DNA from: Mustelus asterias
Taxonomy: Eukaryota
Length of the DNA stretch: 64,000 bases
Assembly: GCF_964213995.1 (NCBI RefSeq)
Contig: NW_027590160.1
Coordinates: 186,001-250,000 of the forward strand
Reading direction: 5' to 3'
In this document: in pieces, positions 1 to 11,121 of the stretch
How the letters are laid out: each line of letters begins with the position of its first letter
Numbering within the stretch: the stretch's first letter is position 1
Notes under the pieces: model-generated
Told to the model about the DNA's origin: nothing
The model's input: only the letters and a program-made list of their open reading frames with translations
Database searches by the model: none
Translations under genes and position numbers: made by a program

Positions 1-178
1 CAATGCACCTAACTTGCACATCTTTGGACTGTGGGAGGAAACCAGAGCACCCAGAGGAAAGCCACGCAGACACACTGAGAATGTGCAAACTCCACACAGA
101 CAGTGACCCGGGCCAGGAATCGAACCTGGATCCCTGGCGCTGTGAGGCAGCAGTGCTAACCACTGTGCCACCATGCTG
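1..178 (-). mobile_element. HE1-type tRNA-derived SINE, 5' part
   Basis: Reverse strand reads GGCAGCATGGTGGCACAGTGGTTAGCACTGCTGCCTCACAGCGCCAGG...GGTTCGATTCC (Pol III A/B boxes). The same head recurs many times in the window. Confidence 0.8.
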
Positions 179-659
179 CCCTTCGAACATACACCAATGA
201 TAGACAATAAGAGCAGGAGAGATTCCTGGTCAGTCATATGATGGAAACAATTTGGAGCCTCTCCCATCACTATCCATGGCTCCACGGGTAGCGGATATAA
301 AAGTTTCTGTTGCCACTGTAGCCTGGTTCCTTGTGGGGTCTAGCTGGCTGGTGTGGTTGAGATTGGTGCCGACAGCACGGGGTTCAATCCCCATTCTGGC
401 TGGGGTGGATTTGGGTTCTGCCTCTTTGCCCGACCCATCGCAGAGATCCTGACATTGTGGGTCAGACCTGCCTTCAGGTAGAGAACAGAACAATAAGAAG
501 TTTGTGTGTTCATGGCTCCCAGTATTAGATAGATCAATAAACATTCTAACTGCTAATTCCATTCAGAAGAGACAAATAATTCTCTTGATTTGAGGTTGCT
601 GTGTGTAAACCATCCCCTTGTAAAAGAGTTTCCAAAATCCATCACTCAGTCCTCCTGCT

Positions 660-1400
660 GAAGGGAGCACTGCGCACGCGCGCTGGTGCACTGCTACTGA
701 TAAAGATGGCGCTACGCATGCGCTTTTCTACACATTGCCCCCTACAAAGATGGCGGTCGGTATCCGGGTCTTTCAACCGTCGAACCGGCTGCTTCTCATT
801 CCGGGATTGAGGCGTCTATCGAGGATTATCAGAAACATCGGCACACACCCACCGGCTCCAGCACCCTTCCGCACTCAGACGTTACTCACCCGCTTGATAT
901 TTAACACGACCGCCTCTGTTCTGGTTTTTGTGGCCGACACCACTGATTTCTAAACCTTTCCCTCCGACGCCATCCTTCCCGCTCACCCGGCACTTACTCA
1001 CTGGCTGCATACACACACTGCGCATGCTCCACATCACAATACCCGGGGGCTGATTGACGGCAGCTCCGGGCCAATAGGAAGAGGGGGCGGGGCTGGAGGA
1101 CAGTGCGGGAGCAGCTGGTCCTCCAACCAATCGGAGTGACTGAGGGGCGGGACCTAAAGCATGCGCAGTGAGGGTAATGGCGACGGACGGTTTTAGTTTG
1201 GAAGCGAGATCAATCCGAGGTAGAGGGCGGCGCGCGGGGAATGATAAATATGGCGGGTGGGTGGAGAGACTTTGTAAACATGTTGTTCAAACCCAAACCC
1301 CGGAAATGAACTTCCCGGTCCCCCCCCTTTGTACCAAATGGAGCGGCAGCTTGTAGTGTTAGACCCGGGCTGACTGCCGCCATTGAGGCTGCATGTGGGA
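660..1400. promoter_or_regulatory. CpG-island bidirectional promoter (type-1 ZNF promoter module)
   Basis: CpG-rich. Contains YY1-like AAGATGGCG twice (~703, ~747), NRF1-like GCGCATGCGC variants, TGATTGACGG (1051), CCAAT at 1071 and 1127, and GC boxes. Minus-strand donor-like ACTCAC at ~884 and ~996. Homologous to 38200-38345 and 43625-43790. Confidence 0.7.
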
Positions 1401-1434
1401 GGCCGGCAGGGATTGTGATCGGAGAGTGAAGCCC

Positions 1435-1712
1435 TGACGTCACCATGGAATGGGTGAGAGTGTGATGTCACAATGGAATGGGTGAGGGTGTGACATCACA
1501 ATGGAATGGGTGAGGGTGTGACGTCACAATGGAATGGGTCGGAGTGTGAGGTCAAAATGGAATGGGTGAGTGTGTGACATCACAATGGAATGGGTGAGAG
1601 TGTGACATCACAATGGAATGGGTGAGTGTGTGACATCACAATGGAATGGGTGAGAGTGTGATGTCACAATGGAATGGTTGAGGGTGTGACGTCACAATGG
1701 AATGAGTGAGAG
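1435..1712 (+). repeat. 28-bp minisatellite, 10 copies (TGACATCACAATGGAATGGGTGAGAGTG)
   Basis: Units start every 28 nt from 1435 to 1687; no unique spacers. Confidence 0.95.
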
Positions 1713-1767
1713 TTCCAGATGAGCTGAGACTGGGCTGGAGTTGGGCGATGGCACTGACATGTGACCC

Positions 1768-2077
1768 GGTGGCACAGTGGTTAGTGCAGCTGCCTAACAG
1801 CGCCAGGGACCTGCGTTCAATTCCAGCCTCGGGTCGCTGTCTGTGCAGAGTTTCTACATTCCCCCCGTGTCTGTGTGGGTTTCCTCCGGGTGTTCTGGTT
1901 TCCTCCCACAGTCTAAAGATGTGCAGGTTAGATGGATTGGCCACGATAAATTAACCCTTGGCATCAGCAGGATTAACAGGGTAAATACGTAGGATAAATG
2001 GGGATGATTGGGCCTGGGTGGGATTGTTGTCGGGCTCGATGGTCTGAATGGCCTCCTCACACTGTAGGATTTCTATG
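1768..2077 (+). mobile_element. HE1-type SINE, full length
   Basis: GGTGGCACAGTGGTTAG...GTTCAATTCC head and CR1-like tail CACTGTAGGATTTCTATG. Confidence 0.8.
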
Positions 2078-2806
2078 AATGAAGGTGGAAATAAGCAGTC
2101 TTGATGATGATGTGGATATGTGGCTGGAAGCTCATCCTAGAGTGAAATATTTCACCAGGATTGTGAACAGCCGATTCAGCTTCAGCCAATTGCCAGGAAG
2201 AGGGATAGAGTTGCTGGTGAGGGAGTGGAGTTTGTCGTGGGGGCTGAACACAATGGGTTCAGACCTCCCAGTATTTTTTGAAAGAAATTTCTGTTTTTTA
2301 GTACTGGATATCAGACAAGAGGGGAACTTGGAGTTGATGATGTTCACATTTACCTGCTATCTTGGTCCTTCGAGGTGGTGGAGGTTGAGGGTTTGGGAGA
2401 TTCTATCAATGTTCTCATTGAGTTGTAGATGTATAAAATCCCTCTCCTTCATTCCCGATCTCTCCTATTTCTCTCTGTCTTTTCCCATAGTGCCCAGACT
2501 GGATGGCAGGTTCCCTTCCCTGAAGGACATGAGGAAATCAATTGGGTTTTTTGACAATCCAGCAGTTTTCGTGGTCACTTTTTCCTGGTGCTGTCCCCAC
2601 AAATTACCAGGTTCATTCAGCTCAATTTCACAACCTGCCTTTGTGTTTTTATGGGTTCTCTCTCACTCCCTTTTTCTGTTTTAATTCAATTTCACAGGGT
2701 ATTAGAAGAGGAGGATTTGCAGTTTGGAAACTGAAACCAAGCCTGGTATCAGTACCTTATGGAGTCGGCCAATTTATTGTAACCTGAATATCATTGTATT
2801 TTGAAC

Positions 2807-3862
2807 ATGGAAGAAAATAGCACCATTCACAGTGGAGAGAAACTGTACAAGTGTTCTGTGTGTGGACAAGACTTCAACCAATCATCTGGCCTTTCGGAAC
2901 ATAATTGCAGTCACAACAGAGAGAAACTGTGGAAATGTGGGGACTGTGAGAAGGGATTCAAATCCCCATCCTTGCTGGAAATTCATCAACGTAGTCACAC
3001 AGGGGAGAGGCCATTCACCTGCTCCCACTGTGGGAAAGGATTCACTCAGTCATCCAGTTTACATATACACCAGAGGACTCACACCGAGGAGAGGCCATTC
3101 ACCTGCTCTCTGTGTGGGAAGGCATTCAATCGGTCATTCAGCCTAGCATTGCACAAGCGAACTCACACGGGGGAGAAACCATTCACCTGCTCTGTGTGTG
3201 GGAAGGGATTCAATCAGTCATCAAACCTAGCAAAACACCAGCGAATTCACAGTGAGGACAGACCATTCACTTGCTCTGTGTGTGGGAAGGGCTTCAAAGC
3301 ATCATCCATGCTAACAAAACACCAGCGCGTTCACAATGGGGAGAGGCCATTCAGCTGTTCTCAATGTGGGAAGAGATTCGCGCTCTCAGCCAACCTCCTG
3401 ACACACCAGCGAATTCACACTGGGGAGAGGCCGTTCATCTGCTCCCAGTGTGGGAAAGGATTCACTCAGTCATCCAGCTTACACATACACCAGAGGACCC
3501 ACACTGGGGAGAGACCATTCAGCTGTTCTGTTTGTGGGAAGGCATTCAGTCAGTCATCTAACCTAACATTACACCAGCAAGTTCACACTGGGGAAAAGCC
3601 ATTCACTTGCTCCCAGTGTGGGAAGGGATTTGCTCGCTCATCCAACCTCCTGATACACCTGCGAGTTCACACTGGGGAGAGGCCGTTAACTTGCTCCCAG
3701 TGTGGGAAGCGATTCACTGACTCATCTCACCTGCTGGCACACCAGCGAACTCACACTGGGGAGAAGCCTTTCATCTGCTCCCAGTGTGGGAAGGGATTTG
3801 CAAACTCAGGCAATCTGTGGACACACCAGCGAGTTCACACTGGGGAGAGACCGTTCATCTGA
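2807..3862 (+). CDS. Tandem C2H2 zinc-finger protein (ZNF-A), 12 fingers, no effector domain
   Basis: ATG at 2807, 12 CxxC-x12-HxxxH repeats with TGE(R/K)PF linkers, splice acceptor TTTCACAG ending at 2697. Ends TGERPFI* at the junction with a CR1 fragment. Confidence 0.9.
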   Translation: MEENSTIHSGEKLYKCSVCGQDFNQSSGLSEHNCSHNREKLWKCGDCEKGFKSPSLLEIHQRSHTGERPFTCSHCGKGFTQSSSLHIHQRTHTEERPFTCSLCGKAFNRSFSLALHKRTHTGEKPFTCSVCGKGFNQSSNLAKHQRIHSEDRPFTCSVCGKGFKASSMLTKHQRVHNGERPFSCSQCGKRFALSANLLTHQRIHTGERPFICSQCGKGFTQSSSLHIHQRTHTGERPFSCSVCGKAFSQSSNLTLHQQVHTGEKPFTCSQCGKGFARSSNLLIHLRVHTGERPLTCSQCGKRFTDSSHLLAHQRTHTGEKPFICSQCGKGFANSGNLWTHQRVHTGERPFI

Positions 3863-5220
3863 GTTATCGGGGTGTGGAAGGGAGAGAGGAACTCAGGAAA
3901 ACTGCTGTCACTTATGAAGTTGCACTGAGCAAATAGTTGGAGCTGTGGACTGACAAACGCCTGGGTCCCGATGGACTTCATTGTCAGCTCTTAAAAGAAG
4001 TAGCTCGTGAGATAAAAGCAAAGTATTGCAGATACTGAAAATCTGAAATAAAAACAGAAAATGCTGGAAAGACTCAGCAGGTCTGGCAGCACCTGTGGAG
4101 GGAGAAACAGAGTTGACATTTCGAGGCCATATGGCTGTTCTTTAGCTGAAGAGGGGTAGAAATGACGGGTGAGATAGTTGATGCATTGTTCTAATTTTCC
4201 AAAATACCCCGGTTTTGGTGGAAGTTCCATTAGATTAGAAAGTAGCAAATGTAACTCCTTTATTCAAAGAAGGAGAGAGACCAAAAGCAGGAAACTACAG
4301 GACAGTTAACTTAACATGCCGTAGGAAAAATGTTAGAAGCTATTATTAAATACGTTACAGCATGGCAGTGAGAAAAAATCAGGCCATGAAGAAGAGTCAA
4401 CATGGTTTTGAGAAAGGGAAACCATATTCAACCTATTTTTTCAGTTCTTTGAATGAGTCACATGTGCTGTGGATAAACGGGAACCAAAGGTGCAGAAAGG
4501 CGAATGTACTGAGATTTCCAGAATGCATTTATAAGCTATCACATCAAAGGTTATTGTGGAAAATGAAAACTCCTAGTGGGGCGGGGGGAATGGTAACATA
4601 TTGGCACGGAAAGAAGATTGGCGACTTAACAGGAAACAGGATTGGCGTAAATGGGTCTTTTTCCAGTTGGCTGGATGTGACGAGCGGTGTGCCACAGGGA
4701 TCAATGCTGGGACCTCAACCTTTTTACCATTTATATCAATAACTCAGATGAAGGAATTGAAGGTATGGTTGCTAAATTTGCTGATGATATAAAGGTAGCT
4801 GGAAAAGTAAGTAATGAAAAGGATGTAAAGAGGCTACAAAGGGACATAGATAGGTTAAGCGAGTGGGCAAAGAACAGGTAAATGTAGAATAATGTGGGCA
4901 AATGTGAAATTGTCCATTTTGGGAGGAAGAATGGAAAGAAAGTATATCATCAAAATAGTGAGGGACTCAGAGGGACCTGTGTGTCCTTGTACATGAATCG
5001 CAAAAGGCTGGTATGCAGGTACAGCAAGTAATCAGGAAAGTTAATAGAATGTTATTGTTTATTGTGAAGGGGATTGATTACAAAAGAAGGGACGTTATTC
5101 ATTAGTTATACAGAACACTGGTGTGACCACAGTTGGAGTATTATTCATCTGCTTAAGAAAGGAATGTAAATGTGTAAGAAGCAGGTCAGAGAAGGTCGAC
5201 TGGACTAATACCTGGGATAG
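3861..5220 (+). mobile_element. Degenerate CR1 LINE ORF2 (RT) fragment
   Basis: Broken frames with KKSQHGF, VTSGVPQGS, VAKFADD, LQRDIDRLSEWA. Confidence 0.85.
4013..4165 (-). mobile_element. Short Penelope-derived terminal fragment (second PLE family) inserted in the CR1
   Basis: Similar to 6640-6740 and 51205-51340 (CAGATGCTGCC.GACCTGCTGAG...TCCAGCATTTT), with a degenerate hammerhead-like core. Confidence 0.5.
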
Positions 5221-5221
5221 A

Positions 5222-5814
5222 TGGCGAAAGGGTTAAAAATCATTCAATGCAGCAAAGTTCCTGGGAAACTGCTGGAGCTGCAAGGCACAGCTGCAAAAAT
5301 AATCGACATGGGGCCTTTGATGGCCCACAAGAGGCTGTAACTACAACATCACTGCTTTCAGATAACAGCCCAGGACTGCAGTGTGTTTTGACAGAAGTCA
5401 TAAGCCACCACTCAGGGTGCCAGACAGTCAAGGACACAGACATGTGTTTATTGATAATGTAGCTATGTGCACGTGCCCTGTTGATTGAATATTGTGATTA
5501 AGCAAGCGTAGGGCTGCTGTAATTGGTTAAACACGACTGCGGAAAACAAATGAAGTAATCAGAACTATGAGTTGGGATTGGATATTGAGTACCTTTGAAT
5601 ACGTTTACAACTTTGATTTGTGTGTTCATGACTTATAGTTGATGTTAAAGATATAATTGCTGTTGTATTCCTTTGTTCTGGGAGCCTGTATGTCACGTGT
5701 GGAAACAGGTTTCCCCTGCTATAGATTGAATAAAGGCCAATTTTAAACTTTGAAACTATTTGTCTGGACTCTCAGGGGAGTGAGGAATGGGACAGCGAGG
5801 AAAGCTCCCTAACA
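5222..5814 (+). mobile_element. Candidate solo LTR
   Basis: About 590 bp of unrelated sequence between CR1-like segments, with TG...CTAACA ends and AATAAA at ~5729. No clear TSD. Confidence 0.35.
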
Positions 5815-6479
5815 AAGGGTATGGAGAAAAGGCAGGAGAATGGCACTAAGCCATGAAGTTCATTTGGAGGGCCAGTGCAAACACGATGGGCCAAATGGTC
5901 TCCTGCACCATGATTCTGTGAAATTCAGGTCCTGGTGAATCGAGTGACCCTGTCAAATTTTGACCTGATGTTTGGTTTTAATTTTCTATCATTAAATCCT
6001 TCCCTTCTAATTTAAAAAAAGGAGTTGACAGGGTCAGTGTCACTATCAATGCAGAATAGAAATTCAAAACAGATAATTCCAGTTTCTCTGGAACATTCTT
6101 CCTCCTCGTTTCCCCAAACTTGTGGTTCAATCAAACTAAAAGACCAAAATCAGCCACAAAGTCCCAACAGAATCTCCCTCTTCAGGGCCACCTGGGCACA
6201 GACAAGACCACAGAAGATCAACCAGAGTGACCCCCGCCACCCCCTTCAGCCCCACCCATCCTGAATCAACAGATTACTGCTTTAACCAGGGTCTGGAGCA
6301 GGTCCAGGAGAAGATCCTCCCACTCACCCCGCCCCCTCCACACTTTACAGCCTTCTGGACCCAACATTCAGTCCAACAGTTTCAGAGAGTAAACTCTCAG
6401 CCCATTCTGTTTCTTTTCCTTTGATTGTTTCATTTTTCCTTCTTTCAGTCGTCAGCCCCCCTGCTCCAGACACAGCTTC

Positions 6480-6740
6480 TGTTTCTCTGTTTCTTCTCTC
6501 GCTCCATCTCCATTCCCTTTGGCTCTTTGGGGGGGGATTCACTTTTCTCTCATTAAATCTCTCCTGTCTTCCACCCTCTCACAGACCTTCCTTTAGTCCC
6601 TGTCCCACCCAAACCTGTTACATTTCTAACTTTCCCCAGTTCACAGGAAAGGTCACAGACCTGAAATGTTAACTCTGTTTCTCTCTCTGCACAGATGCTG
6701 CTGAACCTGCTGAGTTTTATTCCAGCATTTTAGGCTTTTA
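6480..6740 (+). mobile_element. Penelope-derived terminal fragment (second family)
   Basis: AGTT-cacagga-A-AGGTC-aca-GACCT-GAAA-TG-TT-AACT followed by CAGATGCTGCTGAACCTGCTGAG; homologous to the 4013 and 51205 copies. Confidence 0.5.
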
Positions 6741-6997
6741 AAGATTTCAGAGTCACTGAAGAGTTTTGGTGCAGGAGGAGGACATTTGGCCCATTGTGTC
6801 TGCACTAGTTCTCCGAATGCGTCACTCAACGAGTTCCATTCTGTCACCTTCTCCCTGTATCCCTGCACATTCTTCCTGTTCAGATAATGTCTAATTTCCC
6901 CTTTGAATGCTTGAATTGAATCTGCCTGCACCGCACGTTCAGTCAGTGCATTCCAGACCCTAACCTGTGTGTGTGAAGGGATTCGCTCAGTCATTCT

Positions 6998-7186
6998 CAG
7001 TCCAAAGATGTGCGGGTTAGGTTGATTGGTCAAGGTTAACAATTGCCCCTTAGAATTCTGAGATGCGGAGGTTAGAGGGATTAGCAGGTAAATACGTGGG
7101 GGTAGGGCCTGGGTGGGATTGTGGTCGGTGCAGAAACGATGGGCCGAATGGCCTCCTTCTGCACTATAGGGTTTCTATGATTTCTA
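6998..7186 (+). mobile_element. HE1-type SINE, 3' half
   Basis: CAGTCCAAAGATGTGCGGGTTAGG...CTTCTGCACTATAGGGTTTCTATG, matching other copies. Confidence 0.75.
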
Positions 7187-7423
7187 TTCTGCCTCACTGA
7201 AATTTAATTTCTTAACACTAAAAATGTTCTAAATGTGTAAAAATTTTAAAAGCAGACACGAAGTGTTGAAACACCAACTCATTCTTGATTAATAAGGGGA
7301 TCAGGGGTTATGGGAAAAGGCAGGAGAATGGGGTGAGAAAAATATCAGCCATGATTGAATGGTGGAGCAGACTCGATGGGCCGAGTGGTCTAATTCTGCT
7401 CCTATGTCTTATGATCTTATGAT

Positions 7424-7592
7424 CATTCACACAAGGGTGATGTCATTCACCTGCTCCACTTGTGGGAAAGGATTTGCCCTTTCAACCTGCTGAGACACCA
7501 GTGAGCTCACACAGGGGAGTAGTTGTTTTGAGTGTGGGAAGAGCTTCATTCAGTCATTCAACCTGGTTAGGCACCAGTGAGATCACAAGTGA
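7424..7592 (+). pseudogene. Decayed terminal C2H2 fingers
   Basis: TTCACCTGCTCCACTTGTGGGAAAGGATT...CACCAGTGA with stops and indels. Ends CACAAGTGA plus the 3' motif also seen after ZNF-B and ZNF-D. Confidence 0.7.
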
Positions 7593-7631
7593 CTACAGAG
7601 ATTGGCTTCTACTGTCATTACTGCTGTTTTT

Positions 7632-7943
7632 TGTTAAAGTTTATTTATTAGTGTCACAAGTAGGTTTACATTAACACTGCAATGAAGTTACTCTGAAAAT
7701 CCCCTAGTCACCCCACTCCAGTGCCTGTTTGGGTACACTGAATTTTGGAGAATTTAGCATGGCCAATGCACCTAACCAGCACCTCTTTCGGAATGTGGGA
7801 GGAAACCAGAGCACCCGGAGGAAACCTACGCAGACGCGGGGAGAACGTGCTGACTCCACAAGACAGTGACCCAAGCCGGGAATCGCACCCAATCCCTGAT
7901 GCTGTGAGGCAGCAGTGCTAGCCACAGTACCACCATGCCACCC
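7632..7943 (-). mobile_element. HE1-headed SINE with alternative 3' tail
   Basis: Same tRNA head with tail ...CTTGTGACACTAATAAATAAAC, as at 37160, 43800, 51790 and 52748. Confidence 0.75.
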
Positions 7944-8545
7944 AGTTGGACTGACCAATGTTCATTCTGAGAGGTTTTGTTTCTGACAGTAATAACCATC
8001 CTAACTCAACTGGATAAATATGAAATTAATCAACTTTTTTTCAAAATTATTCTTCTGGATTTTTTCGTTTGGAGAGCTATTACACTATTTCTGCTGTGAA
8101 ATGAGAACTATTGTCATTTTCTATCCATTTCAGGAAGCCTCATCCAGGATTTTAGCTATTGTGTCTGCATCATTTTTACAAACAGGAAAGGTTTCAATCC
8201 ACCAGGTAAACATACCTGTAATTAGCAGGATCTACCAGTCTCCTCTTAGTGTGGAGAGTGGGCCTGTATAATCAAGCTGCAATGTTTCCCAGGGAACATC
8301 AATAATGTGGGATGTGTTAATTGGGACAATGCATTTTGCAGAATCTGAGTAGTTTGAACACATGAGGCACAGCTTCAGGCGCTGATGGACATTCTGATGC
8401 ATCCTCAGCCACTGATAGTGTGATCATGTTATATAATATTGAGGAGTCAAAAAACAAGAAATACGCCTTGCTTTGATCCATCAAATATACTCATTCCTTT
8501 CTAAGCCATTGAGTTGTGACTGAAGTCAAAGTTAAACCATATTTA

Positions 8546-9935
8546 ATAGAACATAGAAAGCCACAGCACAAACAGGCCCTCCGGCCCACAAGTTGCGCCG
8601 ATCACATCCCCACCTCTAGGCCTATCTATAGCCCTCAATCCCATTAAATCCCATGTACTCATCCAGAAGTCTCTTAAAAGACCCCAACGAGTTTGCCTCC
8701 ACCACCACCGACGTCAGCCGATTCCACTCACCCACCACCCTCTGAGTGAAAAACTTACCCCTGACATCCCCCCTGTACCTACCCCCCAGCACCTTAAACC
8801 TGTGTCCTCTCGTAGCAACCATTTCAGCCCTTGGAAATAGCCTCTGAGAGTCCACCCTATCCAGACCCCTCAACATCTTGTAAACCTCTATCAGGTCACC
8901 TCTCATCCTTCGTCTCTCCAGGGAGAAGAGACCAAGCTCCCTCAACCTATCCTCATAAGGCATGCCCCCCAATCCAGGCAACATCCTTGTAAATCTCCTC
9001 TGCACCCTTTCAATGGCTTCAACATCTTTCCTGTAATGAGGTGACCAGAACTGCGCGCAGTACTCCAAGTGGGGTCTAACCAGGGTCCTATAAAGCTGCA
9101 GCATTATCTCCCGACTCCTAAACTCAATCCCTCGATTAATGAAGGCCAGTACGCCATACGCCTTCTTGACCGCATCCTCCACCTGCGAGGCCGATTTAAG
9201 AGTCCTATGGACCCGGACCCCAAGGTCCTTCTGATCCTCTACACTGCTAAGAATGGTACCCTTCATTTTATACTGCTGCTCCATCCCATTGGATCTGCCA
9301 AAATGGATCACCACACACTTATCCGGGTTGAAGTCCATCTGCCACTTCTCCGCCCAGTCTTGCATTCTATCTATGTCTCGCTGCAACTTCTGACATCCCT
9401 CCAAACTATCCACAACACCACCTACCTTGGTGTCGTCAGCAAACTTACCAACCCATCCCTCCACTTCCTCATCCAGGTCATTTATGAAAATGACAAACAG
9501 CAAGGGTCCCAGAACAGATCCCTGGGGCACTCCACTGGTCACTGACCTCCATGCAGAGAAAGACCCCTCCACAGCCACTCTCTGCCTTCTGCAGGCAAGC
9601 CAGTTCTGGATCCACAAGGCAACAGCCCCTTGGATCCCATGCCCTCTCACTTTCTCAAGAAGTCTTGCATGGGGGACCTTATCGAACGCTTTGCTGAAGT
9701 CCATATAGACCACATCCACCGCTCTTCCTTCGTCGATGTGCTTGGTCACATTTTCAAAGAACTCAACCAGGCTCGTAAGGCACGACCTGCCCCTGACAAA
9801 GCCGTGCTGACTACTTTTGATCATACTAAACTTCTCTAGATGATCATAAATCCTGTCTCTCAGGATCCTCTCCATCAACTTACCAACCACTGAGGTTAGA
9901 CTCACCGGTCGGTAATTTCCCGGGCTGTCCCTGTT
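8546..9935 (-). mobile_element. CR1 LINE, 5'-truncated, open RT C-terminal frame
   Basis: 427-aa ORF 8622-9905 with [32 protein letters not shown]; CTATGTTCTAT tail. Confidence 0.95.
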
Positions 9936-9939
9936 GTGA

Positions 9940-10960
9940 AAGAAAACTTCATTGTGTCAGATGAGTGAGTCCTTACTTGCTGTGAATGATGAGGGAAAGT
10001 TTTCTCTATGGTGCCCACCCTCTTTACCCACAGTCATCTTAGGTCAGTGTCCTGACAAGGTTTTAAATGACATTTAACTGGAGTCTGTTGTACCGGTCCC
10101 AATGATTGTGTTTTGGGTGGATCCCATGGAATCTCCTCTGGAGCAGCTTTCCTGGTGAGTCAGTCTGCTTGGTTATTACCATCACTCCCTTCACTAACTC
10201 CTGCTGCTGATCTACCTTCACCTGGCAAATAGCAATTTATCCTGGACATCCAGTAACATTCCCAATCATTCAGAGTTTGGAGTGGTGAGCAGTGCTTTCC
10301 TTTCTGCTGTGGAGAAGCTGTGTTTCCTCCTCCAGAGGGGTAGGTTTTCTGAGGGAATTACAACCCAAGTAGCTTTCAGAATATTTGGTGATTATATCGG
10401 TAACAGTTTGAAGGGCTGTGATCACAACCTCAGAGTTCTGGGCTAACTTTTGTGATTATGGTGGATATTTAGTAAGGATACTACAACTGTTGTGGAGACT
10501 CAAACACACAGCTCCACTCTGATACAAACCTTGTTCATAAAACCAACACCTGATCACATAAACCCCAGTGCAATGTAATAGTTATTTGTCTTTAACAGGT
10601 CCATTGGACATGACCCCTTTTGCCTGACTGAGACGTAGGATTCTTTCATACTGAAACATCCCAGCCAAGTAATAATTATGAAGATTCAGGACATGAATGT
10701 TTTTTCTTTGTAATTCCATAATTCAACCACTCTGAACACACTGGAATACTCCATTGGCCCTTTAGGATAATGTCACTGCAGTATTTGGGGTCTGCAGAAA
10801 TATACAATTAAACTCTGCCAGGCACTTTATGTGCTCAATGGGCACTTTATATCTTCTCAATGAATTAGGCAATCAATCTTTCCACAGGGCTGATTGTGTC
10901 TGAGAACTATCCGACTGGAAAACCTTTTCCATTAAGGCCTCAGAATACTACAGCAGATAT
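9940..10960 (-). mobile_element. Possible highly decayed LTR-retroelement integrase remnant
   Basis: Only a weak motif (minus-strand HYPKGPME, resembling YHPQSQG.ER); no ORF. Confidence 0.2.
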
Positions 10961-11121
10961 ACATTGTTCTGGCTGTGGAATTAATTGGATAGATCTTCCA
11001 GAGAGCCAGTACAGACATAATGAGCCAAATGGTTTCTATTTGTGCTGTATCATTTTATAAAAGAGTGAATAATCAGCATCAGGGACAGAGAGAGGAACCA
11101 GTGATTGTGCGATTGAACCCA

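Noticed and set aside
1435-1712. CRISPR-like periodic array
   Set aside because: Units are contiguous with no unique spacers, there are no cas genes, and the context is vertebrate.
2079-2684. 201-aa ORF upstream of ZNF-A as a possible effector domain
   Set aside because: It lies in old repeat-derived intron sequence, ends before the acceptor, and the frame is not kept in paralogous regions at 40 and 55 kb.
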